Below the pieces are notes generated by a model. The model had not been told where the DNA came from. It saw only the letters and a list, made by a program, of their open reading frames with translations, and searched no databases. Positions 24,276 through 32,000 of a stretch of DNA of 32,000 nucleotides are shown here, in pieces. The translations under genes were made by a program, and so were the position numbers. Positions within the stretch are counted from its first letter, which is position 1. Each line of letters begins with the position of its first letter. The DNA comes from Nitrosococcus oceani ATCC 19707 (GTDB taxonomy: Bacteria; Pseudomonadota; Gammaproteobacteria; Nitrosococcales; Nitrosococcaceae). The DNA lies in assembly GCF_000012805.1 (NCBI RefSeq), contig NC_007484.1:780001-812000 (forward strand), in the 5' to 3' direction.

Positions 24276-25385
24276 ATGAATATTGGATTTATCAGTAACT
24301 GGTGCAATCGTGGGCAAGGGATTGTGACCCGCCAGATTCGAGCTATTTTCGCCGAGGCGGGACATGACACCTACGTACTGGCCCGGCCCACCCGGGCCAG
24401 GGCGGCCATGCCCAATCTCATTGATAGCCGGCAGGAGTGGCAGGTGCCCCATCTGACTCACGGCTCGGCTTATGATATGCCTGTCGGGGAATATATGGCT
24501 TGGGCCAAGGAGTCCGCCCTGGATGTGCTTTTTTGCGATATGAATATGCAATTCGAGGCCATTGTCGCCATTCGAAAGTTGGGGGTGCGAACCATTGGGC
24601 GTTTCGTGTGGGAGGCTTTCCATCCGGATTATGTGGCAGCGGTCAAACAAGCCTATGATATTGTTTATTCTTTGACCCGCTGCGAGCAGGAGAACTACCG
24701 GAAAATGGGAATTTCCTCCCCCTATGTCCGGTTTGGTTTGGCGCCCTCATTTACCGCTTTTTCTCCCATCAAGCGCCCCGATGATGCCCTTTACTTTTTC
24801 TTCCACGGAGGCACCCAGGGAACCCGCAAGCCCATCCAGGCCACGCTCAAGGCGTTCAAGCAGGTAAAGAACCCCCATATTCGGCTGATTATTAAGAGCC
24901 AGTGCATTGATAAAGCCTCCGAGCCTGTGACCATCGAGGATGATCCCAGAATCACCCATATAGTGGCGGATTTGCCCTTCGAGGAGCACCGGCGGTTATT
25001 TTCAAGTTGCCACGTTTGCCTCTGCCCGAGCCGCTGGGAAGGGTTGGGGGTCCATTTGTTCGAGGCCCTGGCCTATGGGATGCCGGTAATTTCCAATGAT
25101 ATCGCCCCCATCAATGAAGTGATCCGCCACGGGCGGAGCGGTTTGCTGGTGCGCAGTTTCTCCAAGCGCAAGAATCGTTGTGGCCTTCCCATTTTCGAGC
25201 CTGACGAAGGGCATTTACGGGAATGTATCGAGGAACTCAGCAATCCAGTCCGGTTGGCGGCCCTGATGGCGAGCACCCGGGAGGAAGCAAAGCAATTTGA
25301 TTGGGCATTGACCCGGCAAGACTATCTTGAATTAGCCACTTGCACTAGGGAAAATCTTAGCCGGAAACAAAAGAATGACGGGTAA
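24276..25385 (+). CDS. GT4-family (GT-B, group 1) glycosyltransferase
   Basis: 'CPSRWEGLGVHLFEALAYGMPVISNDIAPINEVIRHGRSGLLV' is an EX7E-type motif. Confidence 0.75.
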   Translation: MNIGFISNWCNRGQGIVTRQIRAIFAEAGHDTYVLARPTRARAAMPNLIDSRQEWQVPHLTHGSAYDMPVGEYMAWAKESALDVLFCDMNMQFEAIVAIRKLGVRTIGRFVWEAFHPDYVAAVKQAYDIVYSLTRCEQENYRKMGISSPYVRFGLAPSFTAFSPIKRPDDALYFFFHGGTQGTRKPIQATLKAFKQVKNPHIRLIIKSQCIDKASEPVTIEDDPRITHIVADLPFEEHRRLFSSCHVCLCPSRWEGLGVHLFEALAYGMPVISNDIAPINEVIRHGRSGLLVRSFSKRKNRCGLPIFEPDEGHLRECIEELSNPVRLAALMASTREEAKQFDWALTRQDYLELATCTRENLSRKQKNDG

Positions 25386-25403
25386 ACAGGCTTGGTAGAA
25401 AAC

Positions 25404-26363
25404 ATGGCAGGGAAAATTTTTGATTGCAATGAACCCATTCGAATCGACGCTCAAGCTATTGCCGCTTGGCAGTCCTTGCCGGTCGCCGAGCGGAGCAGAA
25501 GAAACCGGGACTGGATCGGTCCGCGGGTTATTCAATGGAAGCAATTGCAGGAGGCGTCCCTGCCCCATGATCCTTGTCATTATCGTTTATTTTACCTCCA
25601 TGCGCCGAAAACCGGGGGAACCACCTTGCAGCATTTGATTGCAAAAAATTATCGTGTCAATGACGTACTGCAGGTGAATGCCAAGGAAGCGCTGCGGAAT
25701 CCAGGGCTTCTTTATAAAAAGGGGGAGCTGCCAAAAAGTGTCATTACCGGCCATTATGATATGGGCCATCTGCTGTACCGGGCGCTTGAGGGGCCTTTTT
25801 TTCATCTGACTTTGCTGCGGCATCCGGTGCCACGGGTACTGTCGCTTTATAATTACATGCTCGGGAAAACCGATCATAACCATCACCAAAAGGCCGTCAC
25901 GAGAAGTTTCCCGGAGTTCATCCAGTCGGTAGATATATTTGAACTAAGCAACGGGCAAACTAAGCGGCTAGCGGGGAGTATAGGGCTGAAAATCGATCAA
26001 CCCTCGTCGTTAGGAGACGAAGCGCTTGAAATCGCCAAGGACAATCTGGCCCATCGCTTCACCTGCTTTGGCCTGCAAGATCGCTATACAGAGCTTCTTT
26101 TGATAATGAAGCAGCTTTTAGGCTGGGCGGATATTTTTTATCGCTGCCGGAACGTCTCGGAGAAACGGGTCAAAAAAGAAGATATGGACCAAGAGACATT
26201 GGCTTGTATTCAGGAGCGTAATTATTATGATCTTGCGCTCTATGATTTTGCTAGTCAGCTATTTGAGGAGCGGTGCCGGCAACTTGGTATTACCCAAGCA
26301 CGGGTAGAGGGATTTTGGAAGGCGAATGACCAATATCTCGAATTATTATCACGCTCTCTTTAA
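25404..26363 (+). CDS. sulfotransferase (family-2-like, HxPKTxGT type)
   Basis: 'FYLHAPKTGGTTLQHLI' and 'LTLLRHPVPRVLSLY'. Catalytic domain only. The start could also be TTG 25392. Confidence 0.7.
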   Translation: MAGKIFDCNEPIRIDAQAIAAWQSLPVAERSRRNRDWIGPRVIQWKQLQEASLPHDPCHYRLFYLHAPKTGGTTLQHLIAKNYRVNDVLQVNAKEALRNPGLLYKKGELPKSVITGHYDMGHLLYRALEGPFFHLTLLRHPVPRVLSLYNYMLGKTDHNHHQKAVTRSFPEFIQSVDIFELSNGQTKRLAGSIGLKIDQPSSLGDEALEIAKDNLAHRFTCFGLQDRYTELLLIMKQLLGWADIFYRCRNVSEKRVKKEDMDQETLACIQERNYYDLALYDFASQLFEERCRQLGITQARVEGFWKANDQYLELLSRSL

Positions 26364-26378
26364 GCGCCTATTGCCGAA

Positions 26379-28061
26379 GTGATATTCAATCAGAGGATAG
26401 GAAGTATTCATAACCCATATGCCCGAGTCAGGCGGATAATTCTGTCCTGGGCCTGGACGCTCCCGGCCTTCTTTGCAGTGTATGGCGTGAACAATATAAA
26501 TGGGATGGATGCCGATGCCTTGGGCGCATTCCGCTATACGCAGGATATCGTCCAAGCGATTTTTGACGGTATTCCAATTGCCTGGAGCTGGCAAGAAGCG
26601 CCACGCTATTTTCCGGATCTCATTATCTCCACCGTTGCCTATCTGCTGGCTTTTGGCGATCCGGCTAAATGGGGAATACTATTTTCCTTATTAAATCTGG
26701 GACTGCTGTATGGCGCGACCCTTTTATTGCTGTGGGCCTATGGAATCGCTGAATCCAGGAGACGCCCCATCGCCTGCTCTTTTATGCTTGGTTGTCTTGT
26801 TTGCGCGGCGGTGAGCCCTTTTTTCGCCCAGCAATGGCTGGCTCCTACTCACCATAACGGGCTGTTGCCCTTGGCCGTATTATTCTATGCCGCCCCTTCC
26901 ATCTGCGCGCGGTTTAATGATCGCGCTGCTAGGGAGGTGGGCATATTGGGGTTTTCGGTAATTTTTGGGTTGGCTATCCATGCCGATCTCATTTTTCTGG
27001 CGTGGGTCTGTGGGCCTTTATTCGCGGCCTGGCTTGTTCTTGCGCTGCTACGAAAAGGCAATATACAGACCTTTGTTCTCTGCGGCATGATACTGGGCCT
27101 TTCCTTGGGCATCGCTGGCACCGCCAATATTATCGTGGAACTACTGCCTTTCGTGGCTATTCATAGCGGTGATAACTTGCTGGAACAATTTCCCGGCTCC
27201 ATGGAAGAAATGATTGCCCGATTTTATACGCTGGGGCAAGTGTACATGCATCCTGGTTCATTTAGCTTGCTTACCATCCAGGTGCTTGCCGCGCTGGTGT
27301 GCTTAGCTACGTTGCGGCGAAGCAGGCGATCGGATGATAAGAAAAAAGAACAGCCTATGGAAGTTTTCATGGCGGTATTGTTTTTTACCACGACCGCCTT
27401 GCTTCCCGTGGCCATGATTATTACCGGCAAGCTTTCTCCCCACTATTATTTTTATTCTTTCGTCATTGCGGTGCTAGTGATTGCAATTAACCGCACCGTT
27501 TTTTCCGAGCATTCGGGAACTGGCCCGCTGCGGTTTAGAGAGTTGTTCATTGGCGGCGCCGCTGCCATAGCAGTATTATTATTGTTCCCTAAAGCGATTG
27601 CGGTGCAAGCGAAACCGCCGGCATTTACTATGCTTACTAATGCCCTGACTGAACTGCATTCCCAGGGTAAAATCGGCAAGCATGGTTTGGCCCACTATCA
27701 GATGGCCTATCCTGTAACGGCCCGAACGCCCTTCTATGTGGGGGCTATCGCAAATGACGCTAGACCCTGGTTATGGATGAACAATGCTTATGGTTACTGG
27801 AACTGGGATAAGGGTTGCCCTGCTCTCCGTCCTTTTTCATTCATTATCACCGCTCAAAAATTAAGGTACCGTATCCCTCCTGAGGCTCTTCAAAAAATTT
27901 TTGGCAAGCCCTCTAACATTATGAAGGTAGAGAGCCAAGAAGGCTATGAAATTTGGCTTTATCCCCAAGAGATAGGTCTAAAAGAAACTTTATTTTATCT
28001 TTTTATATGGCGTTCCATGGAAGTAAAGGGGGTGCCTATGGATCGTATCAAAAATTGCTAA
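26379..28061 (+). CDS. polytopic membrane protein, possibly a GT-C-type (ArnT/PMT-like) glycosyltransferase
   Basis: 560 aa with at least 10 hydrophobic helices followed by a ~150-aa soluble C-terminal domain. The first extracytoplasmic loop has acidic 'GMDADALGAFRY', reminiscent of the GT-C DxD/DExRY loop. The GTG start is uncertain. Confidence 0.45.
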   Translation: MIFNQRIGSIHNPYARVRRIILSWAWTLPAFFAVYGVNNINGMDADALGAFRYTQDIVQAIFDGIPIAWSWQEAPRYFPDLIISTVAYLLAFGDPAKWGILFSLLNLGLLYGATLLLLWAYGIAESRRRPIACSFMLGCLVCAAVSPFFAQQWLAPTHHNGLLPLAVLFYAAPSICARFNDRAAREVGILGFSVIFGLAIHADLIFLAWVCGPLFAAWLVLALLRKGNIQTFVLCGMILGLSLGIAGTANIIVELLPFVAIHSGDNLLEQFPGSMEEMIARFYTLGQVYMHPGSFSLLTIQVLAALVCLATLRRSRRSDDKKKEQPMEVFMAVLFFTTTALLPVAMIITGKLSPHYYFYSFVIAVLVIAINRTVFSEHSGTGPLRFRELFIGGAAAIAVLLLFPKAIAVQAKPPAFTMLTNALTELHSQGKIGKHGLAHYQMAYPVTARTPFYVGAIANDARPWLWMNNAYGYWNWDKGCPALRPFSFIITAQKLRYRIPPEALQKIFGKPSNIMKVESQEGYEIWLYPQEIGLKETLFYLFIWRSMEVKGVPMDRIKNC

Positions 28062-28134
28062 TAGTGAATTAGTTAAAAAATTTTTATTAAATAATAAGTA
28101 AATATTTCAGGATCTTCAGAAAAAAACTACTACC

Positions 28135-29442
28135 ATGCCGACAACAGCGCCTAAGCTCCATTTTCTTCATATCCCGAAAACGGCCGGAACTTCTGTCACC
28201 CAGTTTCTTCAGCGGCAATATGATTTAGATCAAATCGTCTTTGAAACCACCTGGCGGGAACTTTTTGAATATCAGCCAAGGATGCCAAAATTAAAATTAT
28301 TTCGTGGCCATTTTGGCATTAATTTAAGCCAAATGATTGGCCCGGAATTCAAGGTAATAACCTTTCTACGGGAGCCGGTAAGCAGAGTGATATCCCAGTA
28401 CTATCATGTCCGTAAAAGAGCTACTGAAGGGCTAAATCAGTTTGCTGGAGAAATGGAATTAGCCGAATTTATGCACCATAAACAGGGACGTAAATTATGC
28501 CGTAATCTTCAAACCCGCTATATTGGCAGGAGTTTGGAAGTAGGGCAACTCTGGGCGCACCCTGCTGTATTGAATATTCCGCCGGATAGATTCTTTGACG
28601 ATCTAGCCTCGCCGCTGCTATTAGAACAAGCCAAACAGAATCTGAACGGTTTCTTTTTCGTTGGATTGACTGAATATTATGATATCTCCATGCTCCTGTT
28701 GTGCCATAAACTGGCCGCGCTTCCTGAACTCGATGCGGTCAAGCGAAGAGAACGAGAAAGAGATGCTAAGCGGGTGCCTACTGAGGTGCTCCAACATTTA
28801 GAGGCGGAGAATCAGCTAGATATGGAATTATACCGTCACGGGAAGACTCTTCTGGTACATGATCTGGCTAGTGAGTTTAATCTGCCAGAGATTGCCTCCA
28901 TGCCGGTGGAGGCGGCCCTGGATTATGTGAATGAGAGAAAATCCAATTTATCGGAAGCCTGTTTGTCCCGCTATGGGCGACGTATGCGGGCGGAGCAACA
29001 GGAAAACTGGGAGTGGGATGTCTCCATGGCGTTCCAGGGGACAGGCTGGTCGGATGCGCATGGTCGGCTGGGAGAAACGCCTCACCGCTGGTCGGGGCCA
29101 AAGCTAATTTCCACCGTTGATGCGCCAGTCGATCCCCGGCGCGATTATGAAATAACAATACACATATTGCGATTTATGACAGGGCGGAACCAACGCCAAT
29201 TGGAAGTGCATACTTCTTCCGGTCCCATTTCCTTAAAAGGAAGAAAAATGGGTAGTGGCTGGGTAGGCCAGGGGATAGTAAATGGTCAATCTACCGAAGA
29301 CCCTTTTTTAAGGTTAAGCTTTCACGTGCCTGAAACCGTGTCGGTGGCTGAGCTAGGCGGAGATCCTAATGATACGGATAAGCGGGGTTTTGCGCTACGG
29401 GCAATTATCTTAAACCCCATCCCGGCTTCACAGAAGCGGTGA
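28135..29442 (+). CDS. sulfotransferase (family-2-like, HxPKTxGT type) with ~145-aa C-terminal extra domain
   Basis: 'LHFLHIPKTAGTSVTQFL' and 'ITFLREPVSRVISQY'. The C-terminal part contains 'GTGWSDAHGRLGETPHRWSGP', shared with the ORF at 14616. Confidence 0.7.
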   Translation: MPTTAPKLHFLHIPKTAGTSVTQFLQRQYDLDQIVFETTWRELFEYQPRMPKLKLFRGHFGINLSQMIGPEFKVITFLREPVSRVISQYYHVRKRATEGLNQFAGEMELAEFMHHKQGRKLCRNLQTRYIGRSLEVGQLWAHPAVLNIPPDRFFDDLASPLLLEQAKQNLNGFFFVGLTEYYDISMLLLCHKLAALPELDAVKRRERERDAKRVPTEVLQHLEAENQLDMELYRHGKTLLVHDLASEFNLPEIASMPVEAALDYVNERKSNLSEACLSRYGRRMRAEQQENWEWDVSMAFQGTGWSDAHGRLGETPHRWSGPKLISTVDAPVDPRRDYEITIHILRFMTGRNQRQLEVHTSSGPISLKGRKMGSGWVGQGIVNGQSTEDPFLRLSFHVPETVSVAELGGDPNDTDKRGFALRAIILNPIPASQKR

Positions 29443-29549
29443 TAATTATTAAAAAATGGAAAGTTTAACGCACCCCTAGCTATCAAGGTTAGAGTGCAGT
29501 GTTACCCTGCAGTATTAGTTTTACAGCTCTAAACAAGGCGAATAATAAT

Positions 29550-31610
29550 ATGGTGAAGCCGCTGGTGGTATTAACGCTTATCGTATTTTTTTTCTTTAGC
29601 TTAGTGGTTCTTGCTAACTCATTGGATGAATCGGTTGCGGAAAAATCCTTTGCGATTAAGTCTTATCAAGAGATCAAACTCGCTTCCCCCCACGATGTCT
29701 TTGATATGGGTGTGGCCGATATCAATGGTGATGATATCCTGGATATTTATACAACCGGCCATTATACTCGCGAGAATTTGCTTTTGGGGGATGGCAAGGG
29801 AAATTATACGGATGCCCTGACTCGCTTGGGTTTGGATCAGGCAAGAGCGTTTCCCTATTTGGAAGACATGGACGCGGACCCGGTGCTAGAGGAACCCGGC
29901 CTTTACATTCATCGGCGACGCCGGTTATTAATCTTTAGAGCCCATGGGCTGAGCGAGGAGGGAACGATTTCCGGCCGCATTTTAGTGCCTTCTCCCGCCG
30001 ATAGGCCCTTGCCGATTCAGACTTACTGGGCAGAGCACGCCAGCGCGGATATCATTAATTTGGCTTCGGAATCCGGTGAGACTTGGACCAAAGTCCAATT
30101 TTCCATCGCACCCCAAGGTACGTTGGTGCTTGATACCCTCTATATTGCCTTGCCTTTCGAGGTGACGCTGGATTCATCTCTACCCTTAAACAAGGTGAAG
30201 GTGGGGCAGCATTCTCTTCCTCCCAAGGAACATCATTTTGTCCTAAGATGGCGTGATCGTCATGGCGTGGCCTGGACGGAATTGAATGGTGACGAATGGT
30301 TGGATGTCTTTATGTCGACCGGCGGTTTGCGGGCAGCCCTTCATCGCTTCCAACAGTCGCAAATTGCTTCCGATGAACTCTTGCTCAGCGACGGAGGCAG
30401 CCGCTACCGGGACGTCGCCATTGAACGGGGAATTCAGAAAAGAGACTGCCGGACCTATAAACCCGCCTGGGTGGATATTAACCGAGATAACCGCCTGGAC
30501 CTGTATGTAGGTTGCCTGGGTGGTCCCAATCAGCTTTATTTGCAGGATTCAACGGGACAGTTCAGAGAGGTTGCTAAAAAGTACGGCTTAGCGACGAGGC
30601 CAGGGGCTCAATTCGTCTGGCTTGACGTGGATCAGGACGGCGATAGTGATTTATTGGCCGATCTCAATGGTGACGGCAACCATCTAAACCCTAACTTTAG
30701 TCTGTTCACCGACACCGATAGCCGGGTTGCATTATTCATCAACGATAAGGTGAAGTTTAAACGGAAGCTTATTCCCCGGCCGTTTAAAGGCAGCGTGATG
30801 CGGTTTGCCCTGGGGGATTTTGACTCCGATGGGGATCAGGATGTTTACGTCATTACGGCCCGTAAAAAATACCGCCATGAGAGTTTCTTGCTGGTGAATA
30901 ATAAGGGAAGGCTGGAACCCAAGGATATGCGGCAATGGGGTCTTCCCAAGGGCTGTCTCTCGGCAAGCTGGGTCGATGTGGATCTGGATGGCAAGCTGGA
31001 TTTTCACTGCTTGCCTAGGGGGATTTTCTATCAAGCCGAAAACGGACATTTTCAAAGTGCTAATGAATGGACCGGTTGGAAGGCGGCCCAGAGAGCAAGA
31101 AATGGTGTAAGCTCTTGGTACGACGCCGATAATGACGGGGCCTGGGATGTATTGATGACCCTAGGTATTCCCCCGGCGGAAGAGTATTTCAAAATCCTTC
31201 GGGAATGGCAACGGCAGCAGGCGGAGAAACAGGGCCAAACACTTAAAGAATGGCGGTTGGCGCGTGAGGATGTGGCCTGGCCATTGCGGCCCATGTGGCA
31301 TTGGTATCATACCCGGCTCTATCAAGGACAGCCGCCTGCAAACCATTGGTTGCAGCTTGAATTGGCGGGTCCAACCGGTAACCGGAATGCCATTGGCGCC
31401 AGAGTGGAACTCTTAACGGATGAGGGTGCCCAGGTTCGCGAGGTGGGTGTTTCAGAGGGCGCCCATTTTTCCCAAGGACATTACCGTCTTTATTTTGGTC
31501 TGGGAAAATCTCCACAAGCTAAGGAGGTAACGATATACTGGCCTGATGGGAAATTGACGACCCACTCCGATCTTAAAGCTGATCAGCTTCTTAAAATCTC
31601 CTATCCCTAA
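29550..31610 (+). CDS. secreted FG-GAP/VCBS-repeat protein with C-terminal ASPIC/UnbV domain (CRTAC1-like)
   Basis: Signal/anchor 'MVKPLVVLTLIVFFFFSLVVLANS'. Repeats 'VADINGDDILDIY', 'WVDINRDNRLDLYVG', 'LDVDQDGDSDLLADLNGDG', 'LGDFDSDGDQDVYV', 'WVDVDLDGKLDF', 'WYDADNDGAWDVL'. C-terminus 'GNRNAIGARVEL...HFSQGHYRLYFGLG...VTIYWPDG' is typical of UnbV_ASPIC. Start moved from 29499 to ATG 29550. Confidence 0.8.
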   Translation: MVKPLVVLTLIVFFFFSLVVLANSLDESVAEKSFAIKSYQEIKLASPHDVFDMGVADINGDDILDIYTTGHYTRENLLLGDGKGNYTDALTRLGLDQARAFPYLEDMDADPVLEEPGLYIHRRRRLLIFRAHGLSEEGTISGRILVPSPADRPLPIQTYWAEHASADIINLASESGETWTKVQFSIAPQGTLVLDTLYIALPFEVTLDSSLPLNKVKVGQHSLPPKEHHFVLRWRDRHGVAWTELNGDEWLDVFMSTGGLRAALHRFQQSQIASDELLLSDGGSRYRDVAIERGIQKRDCRTYKPAWVDINRDNRLDLYVGCLGGPNQLYLQDSTGQFREVAKKYGLATRPGAQFVWLDVDQDGDSDLLADLNGDGNHLNPNFSLFTDTDSRVALFINDKVKFKRKLIPRPFKGSVMRFALGDFDSDGDQDVYVITARKKYRHESFLLVNNKGRLEPKDMRQWGLPKGCLSASWVDVDLDGKLDFHCLPRGIFYQAENGHFQSANEWTGWKAAQRARNGVSSWYDADNDGAWDVLMTLGIPPAEEYFKILREWQRQQAEKQGQTLKEWRLAREDVAWPLRPMWHWYHTRLYQGQPPANHWLQLELAGPTGNRNAIGARVELLTDEGAQVREVGVSEGAHFSQGHYRLYFGLGKSPQAKEVTIYWPDGKLTTHSDLKADQLLKISYP

Positions 31611-31624
31611 TTCAGGATATCAGC

Positions 31625-32000
31625 GTGGAACAATTGACGAAAAAAATATTCCAGCTATGGAATCGTGCGTGGACCAAAATGCCTACCGATACTTACTCCA
31701 TCGAAGGCAAACTTAATCAACTCTTGGAGGAAAACAAGCGGTTGCGGGGAGAGGTAAGAAAGCTGCTGGACACCCGTACTTTTTACCTCGGTAACAACAC
31801 CGCGCTGACCTTCCTTGCTAATGGCTCGAAACTGTATGTGTTTACTGATGATGTGGGTATTGCGCCTCATATCATCAGCACAGGGAGATGGGAGCCCCAT
31901 ATTACCAGGGTTTTTACCAGCCTAATAAAGAAAGGGGATACTGTGCTCGATATTGGCGCGAATCTTGGTTATTTTTCAGTGATTGCTGCTCCGCTCGTTG
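31625..32000 (+). CDS. FkbM-family methyltransferase, 5' part (runs off the window)
   Basis: Not in the ORF track because there is no stop in the window. My translation from GTG 31625: 'MEQLTKKIFQLWNRAWTKMPTDTYSIEGKLNQLLEENKRLRGEVRKLL...GRWEPHITRVFTSLIKKGDTVLDIGANLGYFSVIAAPLV'. 'GDTVLDIGANLGYFS' is the FkbM SAM-binding motif. An alternative start is ATG 31679. Confidence 0.7.
   Translation, partial: MEQLTKKIFQLWNRAWTKMPTDTYSIEGKLNQLLEENKRLRGEVRKLLDTRTFYLGNNTALTFLANGSKLYVFTDDVGIAPHIISTGRWEPHITRVFTSLIKKGDTVLDIGANLGYFSVIAAPLV

Noticed and set aside
23193-24650. Minus-strand ORFs 23193-23663 and 24207-24650
   Set aside because: They are antisense to, and straddle the junctions of, well-supported plus-strand genes (sulfatase, sulfotransferase, GT4). 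They carry no motifs.
31655-31900. 81-aa minus-strand ORF listed in the ORF track
   Set aside because: The plus strand in this interval reads through as an FkbM methyltransferase with a clear SAM-binding motif. The minus-strand ORF is its antisense shadow.
1-32000. CRISPR arrays, tRNA/rRNA genes, integrase/att sites, toxin-antitoxin pairs and known defence-system signatures
   Set aside because: I saw no regularly spaced direct repeats and no cloverleaf-like or rRNA-like segments. I saw no small paired ORFs or nuclease/helicase/ATPase defence-type motifs apart from the dead TnpB.

Overview
This window looks like a proteobacterial cell-surface/accessory region with mosaic base composition. Sampled 60-nt lines range from about 35-45% GC to about 60% GC. 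I saw no rRNA, tRNA or CRISPR array.

(1) Positions 18-3016 encode a PilS/PilR-like sigma-54 two-component pair.

(2) Positions 3017-6515 hold a ~600 bp non-coding leader with a good sigma-54 -24/-12 match. Two tandem paralogous genes follow, each with its own terminator. They encode Cys-rich secreted proteins (8 conserved Cys) of a family I do not recognise. This is one candidate for an undescribed regulated surface/secreted system.

(3) Positions 6753-11418 encode a secreted internally duplicated protein translationally coupled to a secreted FG-GAP beta-propeller. Convergent to these are a metzincin (HExxHxxGxxH) protease and a small secreted protein.

(4) Positions 11580 to the window end hold a large polysaccharide locus. 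It contains a Wzm/Wzt ABC-2 exporter, two GT4 glycosyltransferases, a GT-A/GT8-like protein and a GT-C-like polytopic membrane protein. It also has seven predicted sulfotransferases of two motif types, a Tat-signal Cys-type sulfatase, an FG-GAP + ASPIC/UnbV (CRTAC1-like) protein and a truncated FkbM-type methyltransferase. A decayed IS200/IS605-family TnpB relic interrupts it.

My lead hypothesis for a novel system is an ABC-exported, multiply sulfated (glycosaminoglycan-like) surface glycan with its own desulfation and matrix-protein accessories. All functional calls rest on motifs read by eye, and no database search was possible.
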